From Azolla caroliniana (lineage: Eukaryota; Plantae; Polypodiophyta), in contig JBHGNT010000020.1 in assembly GCA_043228905.1 (NCBI GenBank), positions 9,238,001 to 9,302,000 of the forward strand: a DNA stretch of 64,000 nt, in the 5' to 3' direction. The position numbers were made by a program, and so were the translations under genes. The notes under the pieces are model-generated. The model saw only the letters and a list, made by a program, of their open reading frames with translations, had not been told where the DNA came from and searched no databases. Shown in pieces: positions 1-9,816 of the stretch (position 1 is its first letter; each line of letters opens with the position of its first letter).

Positions 1-812
1 TGTTGGCTCACCCGATATCGTTCTAGTCGGATTTGAACCCGAGTCGGTTCGGCTTCGGATATATGTATTGTTGAACTTGCTCGAATTGACTACGGTAACC
101 TGAGGGACAGAACCGACTGGTCTTCCCGAATGTCGCCGAGTCGGAGTGAGCCCGGTTCGCTTCGGATATATATGCCGAATACCGATTATTGAAACCGATT
201 ATCTGGACCGATTCGGCTTCGGGTGACTGCAGCGACGAGAGAGACGGATCCGACTGATCCTCCCGAATGTCGATCAGCCAGATGAAGCACGAATTTGGGT
301 TGTTGTCAAAGTTGCACAAGGGGATTTCACCTCGAGCGGTTACGATCACAAGGGACAGAGTACAACCTGCTGGCTTACTCCAAGCAAGGGGATCTAATGC
401 GATGAGGTGCAAACCTCGTTTTTGTTCTTCTTCTCTCTTTCTTCGAATGACGCAGGAAACCGAGTGCAGAGACGACGGCCGACAGCGGATTGAAGGACCG
501 ACTACTGTGCAGGCTCTGATACCAGATGTTGGAAGCAATGTCGTCAGTGCGGAAGATCTTGAAGCACTCGATTCCTGTTTATTCCCTGTGTATGACAGAA
601 TGTAGGTCGTTGCACAGAGAGAGAGAGAGAGAGAGAGAGACACAAAAGACTCTTTATTTCACAAAGCAATAATACAACAACCAACCTCACAAAGAGGTTA
701 CAAGGTCACTATATATAGTGACCGACTTAGGGCAACTACCCTTTATGCTAATTACATAAATGGTCTAAAACGGGATGGTGTGAATACGTCCATTATACAC
801 ATGTATTCGACA
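1..812 (-). mobile_element. 5' end (LTR 527-812, tRNA-iMet PBS 513-524, 5' UTR) of a Copia copy inserted into the RT of Copia A; runs off the left edge
   Basis: 1-812 matches 9879-10690 with no difference seen. LTR has TG...CA ends. GCTCTGATACCA is the reverse complement of the PBS TGGTATCAGAGC. The host RT frame breaks at ATRPDI exactly at the LTR edge. Confidence 0.9.
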
Positions 813-2068
813 GATGTCAGGCCGTGTCGCGACCATCAGGTACATAAGGGAGCCGACTGCCGGTGCATACGGTACCGACTTCATATCTTCCCCCTCCGAA
901 CCGGATGTCGGGCAGTCTCGCTGAGAGAGCCGAAGATTCATAGGGAGTGGGGTTGAAGCAGATTTGGCTGATTGCATGTTGAAGCGTTCCAAGACACGTC
1001 CGATATAGTCGGTCTGAGACAAAAAAAGATGTCGTTTATCGCGATGCCGACTAATCTTCATGCCAAGGATGTGTCGTGCCGGACCGAGGTCCTTCATGGC
1101 AAACTTCAACCGCAGTTGCCGAACGAGATCGGCAAGTTCGCCCGCGTGGCGTCCAGAAATTAGCATGTCGTCCACGTAAATGATGAGGAAGATGGGTGAT
1201 CCATCTCGAGCTGTGTTGGTGAAGAGACAATGGTCCTCATCGCTTTTGGAGAAGCCGATTGATTGGATGAAGTCGTCGAACTTCTTGTACCATTGTCGCG
1301 GTGCCTGTTTGAGGCCGTATAGACTCTTCCTGAGTCGGCAGACTAGATGTTCTTGGCCAGTTGCCACGAAGCCTTTTGGCTGCTCCATATAAATTTCCTC
1401 CTCGAGATCACCATGGAGGAAGGCTGTTTTGACATCTAGCTGAATCAGCTCCAAGTTGTCAGCTGCCACGACGCCGAGCAGAAGACGAAGGGTTGTCATT
1501 TTCACCACTGGTGAAAAAATCTCGTCGAAGTCGACGCCATATTCTTGTCGGAAGCCCTTCGCAACTAATCTGGCCTTGTACTTTGGGGTGGTCGAATCAG
1601 ACGTCTCTTTTAGTCGATAAACCCACTTGCAAGGAAGAGCACGTCGGTTCCTAGGTAATTCGACCAGATCCCAAGTCTTGTTTGCCCGGATGGAGTGCAT
1701 TTCCGACTCCATCGCCAGATGCCAGGTGGCCGAATCGACAGATGTCGATGCTTCTTCGTAAGACGTCGGTTCGCCGGCGTCGGTGAAGAAAATTCCAGGA
1801 GAATACCTCTCCGGAGGTTGCGACAGTCTCTCGGATCGTCGAGGTATGATTGGACTGGTCGCATCGGGTATCGAGGTCGGATGGTCCGAAACCGAATCAT
1901 TCGGCTGTGCCGAGTCAGAGTTGTCCGAGTCGGTAGTATAAGGTTCAGCTACCCGTGAAGCTGACCGTGTGTTGAGAGCGGGGCCTTCTTGAAGGGTCGG
2001 CACATCGGAGAATGTTACCCTTCGGACTTCGATCGGTTTTTCGACTGATGGATTCATAGCCGACTCGT
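813..2068 (-). CDS. Copia A reverse transcriptase (continuation of the polyprotein)
   Basis: Resumes in frame as ESAMNPS after removing 2069-7669 and one TSD copy. Motifs KARLVAKG, QLDVKTAFLHG, YGLKQAPRQW, YVDDML. Confidence 0.95.
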
Positions 2069-2761
2069 TGTCGTGAAGATTTTCGTCCATAGGCGGAAAC
2101 CCGAGCGGAGCAAGCAAACCCGCGATGTGCAACGTTGCACATCACCATGTTGTATTTCTATTTATCGATAGTGATAAGTATGGTGCTAGAAATGCACCTT
2201 AGGATTTGTAAAGTGTAAAGGTGATGTGCTTTTGCGCGCACATCCACGTGAGAGAGAGAGAGATAGGTACATAGTAGTTCGTGTAGAGATGGGAGTTAAG
2301 ACCCATCCTTCCCACCTCCCCTAAAATCAAGGGAAATATCCCCATTGATTGAAAGGGGATATTTTGTAGCACCTTTGTGTAACGGTCTTCCCTCCTTGTG
2401 CTATAAAGGGAGAGGAAGAGCACCATTGTGGGGGTTGCCTTATTTTGAGTGTGAGTGAGGTATACCATTTCGTTTTAGGGTTTCGTTTAGGGTTCCTTAG
2501 TTAGGGTTTCTTTTCTTCTTCGTCGGATTAGGGTTTCGGGTTTATCTTAGTCGTTTGGTGCGGCCTACGCGGCCGCCATTTTGTAATGGGGTTTCGGTTC
2601 TAATATATCTTGTTGAGCATTTGGCCTCCATCTTCCTCTTGTTCATTCTTTCTCTTCTTGTGCTAAGCTCCATTCCGAAGTCCTATTCCTTCTCCCCTTC
2701 TCCTTAGTCCAAGACCCCCGTGGTCCCGCCCTTCTCCACGCACGCGCGTAACAACGCGACA
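2069..2761 (+). repeat. 5' LTR of the Gag-only element
   Basis: Direct repeat of 6977-7669. TATA-like CTATAAA at 2401-2407; TTAGGGTT(T) motifs at 2475-2536. Confidence 0.95.
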
Positions 2762-2765
2762 TCTT

Positions 2766-2783
2766 TGGTGAACCCGACGTGAA
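2766..2783 (+). promoter_or_regulatory. Primer-binding site complementary to tRNA-Trp
   Basis: TGGTGAACCCGACGTGAA is the reverse complement of the plant cytosolic tRNA-Trp 3' end (TTCACGTCGGGTTCA-CCA, recalled from memory); it lies 4 nt after the LTR. Confidence 0.88.
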
Positions 2784-2803
2784 AGGCGGCAAGGGAGAAA
2801 GAG

Positions 2804-5800
2804 ATGGAGGAAGGCTTCGACTTCGAGGAAATGATGACAAAGATCTTGATGGACGCCGGACGGAAGAGGGCGAGGCGAGAGGCGGCTCAACAAGCGGTCG
2901 AAAGGGTGGTCCGTCTAGTCGGCCGGTTCGATGGGAAGGAGGTCCCAAAATTTTTGAGAGCCTACGATGCGGAAATGACGAGGATGGGCGTGGACGAGGC
3001 GACGAGGCTAGAGTTCTTTCGTCGAGCGGCGGCCGCATCAAAGTACGAGGAGGTCAAGGAGCTCCAAGAAGCTCACGAATCGTGGGAGTCCTTTGAAGGG
3101 GCTCTAATGGAGGCATACGGGTGCGCGGAATCGGAGGTAAGAGGTCGGCGAGAGTTCGATCGGTGGGTGGCGTCGGCGAGGCGCCATCGGAGCGCAATAG
3201 AGGCATTCCGAGAGTTCGAGCGTCGTTTCTCTCAACTCTCGGAGTGGGAACGAAGATCGGTGGGGGCGGACAAAGTCCTCCTATTTTTGGAGACGGTCCA
3301 TCATGAGGAAAGGACGGACATCATGTTCGAGCTTCAAGACGATTATGGGGCGCATGGTCTCACCGAGGAGTGGCCCGAAGTGGAATGGGTGTGTCGGCAA
3401 CATGAGGCGAGGCGGTCGGACACAACACGGCCCGCGAGCGGGGGAGAAGAGAGAGCGACGACCGACTACGCCATGCCGCCGGACGAGAGCTCATCGCGAA
3501 CCGGTTTGGAGGGGCTCGACCTACAAGCGCTAATACGGGAGGCGTGCGGGCTCGTAATGGCGAAAATCGAAGCCGAAGAATGGCTTATTGCGGGGTCGGG
3601 CCCGAGCGGATCGGAGGACGCGGAGGAAGGAGCTTCCTCACACATGGAGGACGGGGCCTATGCGGAGGCCGAAAGAGAATGGTACATCGGTACCACGGGA
3701 GAGGGTGCGGAGCGAACCGCCCTCTCGACATGGGGGAAAAGAACGACCGGGGACGAGGTCGGGGACGGTGAGGCGGCGATCGCCTATTCGAGCGGACATG
3801 GCGGATTCGGGACACGGTGGCCCGAATCATCGAGTACGGAGGAGACAAGCGGCGGTACCGCAACCTTCCACGCACCGGTTCAAGAGACCACGGCGGCCGG
3901 CCCGAGCGCCCGCGTGAGACCGAGGGAGAAGAACGGTGGTGGCGGCAAGGCGGGCAACCGAGACAACGGTAAGGAGACCGCGGAAGAGGTGGCGGCAAGC
4001 ATAACCGATGCTTGCATATACGGAGGCGGGGTAGCCACGGACAACGACGTCCGAGCGGAGGTGGCTACGGACATTACATCGACGAGCGGCGGTCCCGCGA
4101 CCTTACACGCGTCATTCCTAGAGATCACGGCGGCCGGCCCGAGTGCCCGCGTAAGACCTATGGTGAAAGGCGGTGGCGGTGGCAAGGCGGGCGACCACGG
4201 CGTCGACACGAGAGAAGGTGCGGAGCAAGCGACCCTCTCATCTCGGGGAAAAAGAGCGGCCATGGACGAGGCCGATATCTACGGAGCGATGGACGCCACT
4301 TCGAGAGTGGGCGGAAGTTTCGGGACGCGGTTGCACGAAACGTTCTACGAGGATTTCGCGAGCATACTCGAGGCTTGCGAAATGGAGGAGGAAGAGGAGA
4401 CGAGCGTCGGTGTCGCGACCTTCCACACACCGGCCCTAGAGGCTTCGGCGGTCGGCCCGAGTGCCGGCACGAGACCTAGAGCTACGGACGGTGGCGGCGG
4501 CAAGGCGGACAACCGAAATGAGGACGAGACCGGCGAAGAAGAGGCGGCGGCAAGCATACTCGATGCTTGCGAAACCGAAGACGGGGTAGCCACGGACGAC
4601 GATGTCCGAATGGAGGTGGCTACGGACGAGAGGAGTGGTGGTGTCGCGACCTTCCACACACCGGTCCTAGAGACTCCGGCACCCGGCCCGAGAGCCGGCG
4701 AAAGGCCTAGAGTGACGGACGGTGGCGGCGGCAAGGGGGGCAACCTAAACGACGACGACATGGGAGAGGGTGCGGAGCGAGCAACCCTCTCGTCTTGCGG
4801 CGAATGGACGGCCAAGGATGAGGCCGGTGACTACAAAGCGGAGAGCGCCACTTCGAAAGTGGGCGGAAGATTCGGGGCACGGCGGCCCAAAACATCGAGC
4901 GGAGAGGAGGCGAGCGGTGGTGCCGCGACCTTCCACACACCGGCCCTAGAGGCTTCGGCGGTCGGCCCGAGTGCCGGCACGAGACCTAGAACGACGGGCG
5001 GTGGTGGCGGCAAGGCGGGCAAACAAAATGACGCGGAGAACGGCGAAGAAGAGGTGGTGGCAAGCATACTAGAGGCTTACGGAATCGGAGATGGGGGAGC
5101 CGCGGACAACGACGTCCGAACGAAAGCGGCTACGGAGACAACAAGCGGCGGTGCCGGGTCCTTACCCACACCAATCCTAGAGGCTCCAATGGCCGGACCG
5201 AGTGCCGGCATAAGGCTTAGTGCGACGGGAGGTGACGGCGGCAAGGCGGGCAACGGAAACGAGAAGGAAGATTGGAGCGGACGGAGGCAAGACCCCTTGA
5301 CACCGGGGCCGGAGACTTCGGCGGTTGCGCTCGAATGCCAACGTGAGACCGGAGAGATGGGCGGTGACCGTGAGAAGGTGAGGCCCGGAGAGAGCGCATA
5401 CGAAGACGAGTATGCGGGGCCCGGAATGGGCGTATACGGTGGGTCCGACGGAGAGGACCGGAGCGGAAACGAGGAGAGAGTCGGGAACCGACCCGACCGG
5501 AATACGGCACGGAAGAGGAAGAGAGTAAGGGCCGGCGAACCGGGCCCAAACCGAAGGAAGCCGGCTAGACCGATTGGCCGGTTACGGTTGCGGTTACGGT
5601 TACGATGGGAGCCGGTAAGCGCGAGATGGAGGCTAACCGGGCACGACGACCATGGTTCGGGGGAAAAACGGAAACAAACGAGACCCTCCATACCCACTCT
5701 AGAGACTACGGCGGTTGCGGATCAACATAAGACCGGAGAGACGGCGGGTGGCGGCGAGGAGTCGGAGGCCGGAGCGTACGAGGTTACCGGAACGGATATC

Positions 5801-7000
5801 CGGTACGAGATGGTGGACGGGTGGGTCCAAGACGGCGAGCCCGTGTCGGAACGGGCTACGGCGACAAAGGAGGAGAAGACCGACACGGAGGTCGGATCTA
5901 CGGCGGAAGAGCGAGACGAGATGCATGCAATACGGCCGATGGAGGGCCAAGAGACAAGCATGCCTACGAAGGAGCCACATCGAGCGACCGAAGATGACGG
6001 TCGGATCACGCCTTCGAGAGGCGAATACGAGGAGGAAGGCGGCGACGACAAGACCTGGCACGATGCTAGGGAAGATTGGTGGGAAGAGGTGGCCTACGGA
6101 GAGGCTAAGACCGGCGGCCACGAAGATAAGGCCCGAGAGGGATCCTCCACACCGGCTATAGAGACTCCGGCGGTCGGCGCGAGTGCCGACGTGAGACCAA
6201 GAGTGGCGGACGGTGGCGGCGAGGGGACGAAGGCCACAACGGATGAAGGCACCGAGAGAGGCATACGGGAGGTCGCGGAGAACGAAGATGTATGCGCCCA
6301 AAAGAACGAACACGACATCACGAAGGATGTGTGCGGTCGAGCGGACCAAGAGGGCCAAGAGGGTGTTCCTCCGAGCGAAACGGAGGTCGGGGAAGAAAGG
6401 TACCTTTCCGAAAGGGTACGCGAAGAGGAGCGGAATGCGAAACGTGCAATGCGGCCGCATGAGGGCCAAGCAACGAGCACGGGAACGATGGTATGCTCTA
6501 CGGCGAGAGAGCACGGCAAGCACGGGAAAGGCGGAATCCGGCGTGCAACCGGAGAGATCGGGAGAGCATCCGGAGGCTATACGAGGCGGACAAAAGAAGA
6601 GCAACCGGGTCGGCAACGGCGTTCGGGAGGACCGATCGGGGAAGAAGGCGCGGGCATCGGAAACGGCGGTCCGGATGTAGACGGTGGTTCAAAGAATCAC
6701 GATGGACGTGGCGGATCGGGTGGAGGCAACGACTCGGCGAACGTTGTCAAGTGTGGCGGATCGGATGGAGCCGACGGTTCGAGACCATTCGGTGGAGATG
6801 GTGGGCCGGAAGGCGACGGTGGTTCGTGTGGACGGGGTGGACTTGCTCGAAGTGGAAGACAAAGCCGGGCAAGCCCACGAGGTTGTCAAGGGCTCGGTTG
6901 GCCGCCTTGGCCGAAAATCTCGCGTTTTGTCCCCTTTTGGCACATACCGGTGGATGTGCGGTTAGGTGGGGGCGGATGTCGTGAAGATTTTCGTCCATAG
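2804..7000 (+). CDS. 1398-aa protein: N-terminal Gag/capsid-like domain plus long acidic G/A/E/T-rich repetitive tail
   Basis: Uninterrupted ORF from just after the PBS into the 3' LTR. N-terminal ~200 aa look helical and Gag-like (GRFDGKEVPKFLRAYDAEM...WESFEGALMEAYG). No protease, RT, RNase H, integrase or CCHC motif visible. Confidence 0.8.
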   Translation: MEEGFDFEEMMTKILMDAGRKRARREAAQQAVERVVRLVGRFDGKEVPKFLRAYDAEMTRMGVDEATRLEFFRRAAAASKYEEVKELQEAHESWESFEGALMEAYGCAESEVRGRREFDRWVASARRHRSAIEAFREFERRFSQLSEWERRSVGADKVLLFLETVHHEERTDIMFELQDDYGAHGLTEEWPEVEWVCRQHEARRSDTTRPASGGEERATTDYAMPPDESSSRTGLEGLDLQALIREACGLVMAKIEAEEWLIAGSGPSGSEDAEEGASSHMEDGAYAEAEREWYIGTTGEGAERTALSTWGKRTTGDEVGDGEAAIAYSSGHGGFGTRWPESSSTEETSGGTATFHAPVQETTAAGPSARVRPREKNGGGGKAGNRDNGKETAEEVAASITDACIYGGGVATDNDVRAEVATDITSTSGGPATLHASFLEITAAGPSARVRPMVKGGGGGKAGDHGVDTREGAEQATLSSRGKRAAMDEADIYGAMDATSRVGGSFGTRLHETFYEDFASILEACEMEEEEETSVGVATFHTPALEASAVGPSAGTRPRATDGGGGKADNRNEDETGEEEAAASILDACETEDGVATDDDVRMEVATDERSGGVATFHTPVLETPAPGPRAGERPRVTDGGGGKGGNLNDDDMGEGAERATLSSCGEWTAKDEAGDYKAESATSKVGGRFGARRPKTSSGEEASGGAATFHTPALEASAVGPSAGTRPRTTGGGGGKAGKQNDAENGEEEVVASILEAYGIGDGGAADNDVRTKAATETTSGGAGSLPTPILEAPMAGPSAGIRLSATGGDGGKAGNGNEKEDWSGRRQDPLTPGPETSAVALECQRETGEMGGDREKVRPGESAYEDEYAGPGMGVYGGSDGEDRSGNEERVGNRPDRNTARKRKRVRAGEPGPNRRKPARPIGRLRLRLRLRWEPVSARWRLTGHDDHGSGEKRKQTRPSIPTLETTAVADQHKTGETAGGGEESEAGAYEVTGTDIRYEMVDGWVQDGEPVSERATATKEEKTDTEVGSTAEERDEMHAIRPMEGQETSMPTKEPHRATEDDGRITPSRGEYEEEGGDDKTWHDAREDWWEEVAYGEAKTGGHEDKAREGSSTPAIETPAVGASADVRPRVADGGGEGTKATTDEGTERGIREVAENEDVCAQKNEHDITKDVCGRADQEGQEGVPPSETEVGEERYLSERVREEERNAKRAMRPHEGQATSTGTMVCSTAREHGKHGKGGIRRATGEIGRASGGYTRRTKEEQPGRQRRSGGPIGEEGAGIGNGGPDVDGGSKNHDGRGGSGGGNDSANVVKCGGSDGADGSRPFGGDGGPEGDGGSCGRGGLARSGRQSRASPRGCQGLGWPPWPKISRFVPFWHIPVDVRLGGGGCREDFRP
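3698..5255 (+). repeat. In-frame higher-order tandem repeat inside the 1398-aa ORF
   Basis: Three ~510-550-bp units starting near 3698, 4211 and 4763. Each carries two copies of ATFHTPxLExxAxGPSAxxRPxxxxGGGGKA separated by alternating spacers. Confidence 0.85.
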
Positions 7001-7669
7001 GCGGAAACCCGAGCGGAGCAAGCAAACCCGCGATGTGCAACGTTGCACATCACCATGTTGTATTTCTATTTATCGATAGTGATAAGTATGGTGCTAGAAA
7101 TGCACCTTAGGATTTGTAAAGTGTAAAGGTGATGTGCTTTTGCGCGCACATCCACGTGAGAGAGAGAGAGATAGGTACATAGTAGTTCGTGTAGAGATGG
7201 GAGTTAAGACCCATCCTTCCCACCTCCCCTAAAATCAAGGGAAATATCCCCATTGATTGAAAGGGGATATTTTGTAGCACCTTTGTGTAACGGTCTTCCC
7301 TCCTTGTGCTATAAAGGGAGAGGAAGAGCACCATTGTGGGGGTTGCCTTATTTTGAGTGTGAGTGAGGTATACCATTTCGTTTTAGGGTTTCGTTTAGGG
7401 TTCCTTAGTTAGGGTTTCTTTTCTTCTTCGTCGGATTAGGGTTTCGGGTTTATCTTAGTCGTTTGGTGCGGCCTACGCGGCCGCCATTTTGTAATGGGGT
7501 TTCGGTTCTAATATATCTTGTTGAGCATTTGGCCTCCATCTTCCTCTTGTTCATTCTTTCTCTTCTTGTGCTAAGCTCCATTCCGAAGTCCTATTCCTTC
7601 TCCCCTTCTCCTTAGTCCAAGACCCCCGTGGTCCCGCCCTTCTCCACGCACGCGCGTAACAACGCGACA
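6977..7669 (+). repeat. 3' LTR of the Gag-only element
   Basis: Direct repeat of 2069-2761 with no difference seen by eye. Confidence 0.95.
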
Positions 7670-7673
7670 TCGT

Positions 7674-9816
7674 TGAACACAACGTCCGAACTTCGAACGA
7701 TTTGTCTGCGTTCGGGGTCCCAGAGTCGGTATCCCATTTCGCCGTCTGATCCATATCCAAGGAAAATGCATTTCCTGGACCGAGGTGCAAGTTTTCGGCG
7801 ATCATCTTTCGGAATGAGGGCGTACGCCTCGCATCCGAAGATCCTCAGCTTGTCGTAATTCGGCTTACTGCCGATCCATAGTTCCTGAGGAATTTGAAGT
7901 CCTAGAGGTCTACTTGGCGACATATTGATTATGTGTACTGCCGTGAGTAGAGCCTCTGCCCAGAAGCCATCCGACAGTCCGGAGTGTTGGAGCATGGAAA
8001 CTATCCTTTCTTGGATTGTCCGATTCATTCGTTCGGCAATCCCGTTTTGCTCCGGACTGTGTGGTGCCGTAAATTCACGTCGGATGCCGCGTTGTCGGCA
8101 GAATTTGACGAATTCATCGGATTTGAACTCTCCCCCATTGTCTGTCCGAAGGCATTTCAGCTTTCGGTCGGTTTGATTTTCTACCATAGCGAGCCAATCG
8201 GTGAAGATCGAGAAGACACGATCTTTGGTGCGAATTGGATAAGCCCACACCTTTCGAGTCGAATCGTCAATAAAACTGACGAAGTAAGAGGCACCGCCTA
8301 GAGACTGATGCGGCATTGGGCCACAGACGTCCGAATGGACTAAATCGAGAGGTCTCGTTTCTCTTGGTGCTGATGTCGGGTGTGATGCGGCTACTTGTTT
8401 GCCATACTGGCAATGCTCGCAGAATTGATGGTCCGAGAAGGAGAGTTTGGGGATGTATCCGGCGCTAGATAGGTGCGTGATGCCGGCCTTGCTGAGGTGT
8501 CCTAATCTTCGGTGCCATAATGATGACACAGGAATATCCACCAAAAACAGGTTACCCTCTCTGAGCGTAACATGTAACGGATACAGTGAGTGTATCTTGG
8601 GTCCTCTAGCAAGCAGGAGGTTCCCCCTGTGGAGTGTCCACCCTCCCGAAGAAAAACCGGCACGAATGCCGTCTTCATCTAGTTGTCCGACTGAGATCAA
8701 TGGCCTTGTGAGCTCGGGTACATGTCGGACATTGTGGAGTACAAGTGTAGAGCCCCCTGCAAGGTTGAGCTCTACTGTGCCGATTCCGACGATGTCACAG
8801 TGTTGTGAGTTGCCGACTCGAACTGAGTCGGAGTGACGGATCGTATATTGCCGAAATTGGGATCGATGAGGAGTCACGTGAAATGACGCGCCCGAATCCA
8901 AGAGCCATGTGCTCGATTCTTCAGTCGTGAGTAGAACTTCTGATCCGACTGGATTTTCTATTGATAGTATATTCGGGTCGTCCGGTAGTACATCAGCTGA
9001 GAAGCTGACGTAATTGATCTCCTCATGCCGGCCACTCTTCTTGTTGTTCTTGTTCTTGAGTGCGCGGCAGTCGGTTTTGATGTGTCCGGGTTTCTTGCAA
9101 TAGTTGCAGATTCGGTTATCCCGTGACTGGCTCCGTCTTCGCTGATTGTTCGGCGGCCGTGAGGAATCTCGTCCTCGTATGTTCGATCGGTCTGTCGAAC
9201 CTTGTACTACGTAGGCGTCGTCTGTTGAGTCTTTGGCGAAAGACTTTCTCCGAGCTGCTTCGGTCAGGATTGCGCTCGTGACTTCGGAGTATTTAACAGC
9301 CGTGGTTGACGCGTTGCACACGGTTGTGACGAAAGTTTCCCATGATGGGGGAAGGCTGCTCATGAGTATCATTGCTCTGAGTTCATCCTCGATTGCCGTC
9401 CCCTGTGACGAGATTTGGGAGCTTATGCTTTCGTACTCATTGAGGTGTGCTTGGACCGAGTCGGATTCTTTCATCCGCAAGTTGTAGAGGCGCCGGATCA
9501 GAAACATCTTCGTTGCGGCGACCTTCTTTTCGTAAGTGTCCGACAGTGTTTTCCACAGTTCGAATGCTGTCGTACACGATTGCACCGTGAAGTATACCGA
9601 TTCCGATAGGTGCATCCGAATCGTGGCGCGGACGATTCTGTCCAGCTTCTGCCACTCAATTGGTTTGTATCCTTCTGGAGGTTCTTCATTTTCGATGGGA
9701 TCGATTTGCCCCTTGACTATGAGATAGTCCTGCATTTGCTCCTTCCAGAAGTTAAAGTTCGATCCATCGAACTTTCGTAGACTCATTTCTGACGAGCCGG
9801 ATGTTGATGCCATCAA
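7674..9816 (-). CDS. Copia A gag-protease-integrase (5' part of polyprotein)
   Basis: Zinc knuckle CNYCKKPGHIKTDC, protease LLDSGAS, WHRRLGH..CEHC, integrase HSDVCGP/DNGGEF/AERMNRT. No stop codons up to the insertion at ...SDVVFN. Confidence 0.95.

Larger units (their letters stand above)
2069..7669 (+). mobile_element. Non-autonomous Gag-only (pol-less) LTR retrotransposon, probably Gypsy-derived
   Basis: Two 693-bp LTRs (2069-2761, 6977-7669) with TGTCG...CGACA ends, 4-bp TSD TCGT (2065-2068 / 7670-7673), PBS, PPT-like GGTGGGGGCGGA at 6965-6976, single internal ORF. Confidence 0.93.

Noticed and set aside
23-643. 206-aa ORF (duplicated at 9901-10521)
   Set aside because: Starts in the LTR (CT)n microsatellite at a non-ATG codon and runs across PBS and UTR; the older copy at 46.3-47.1 kb does not keep it; no domain.
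2066-2070. 5-bp TSD CGTTG for the Gag-only element
   Set aside because: It would leave the element starting TCGTG and ending ACAT; the internal LTR boundaries at 6977 (TGTCG) and 2761 (CGACA) favour TG..CA ends and a 4-bp TSD.
3121-7040. Many overlapping and antisense ORFs up to 305 aa
   Set aside because: Shadow frames of the GC-rich repetitive 1398-aa ORF.
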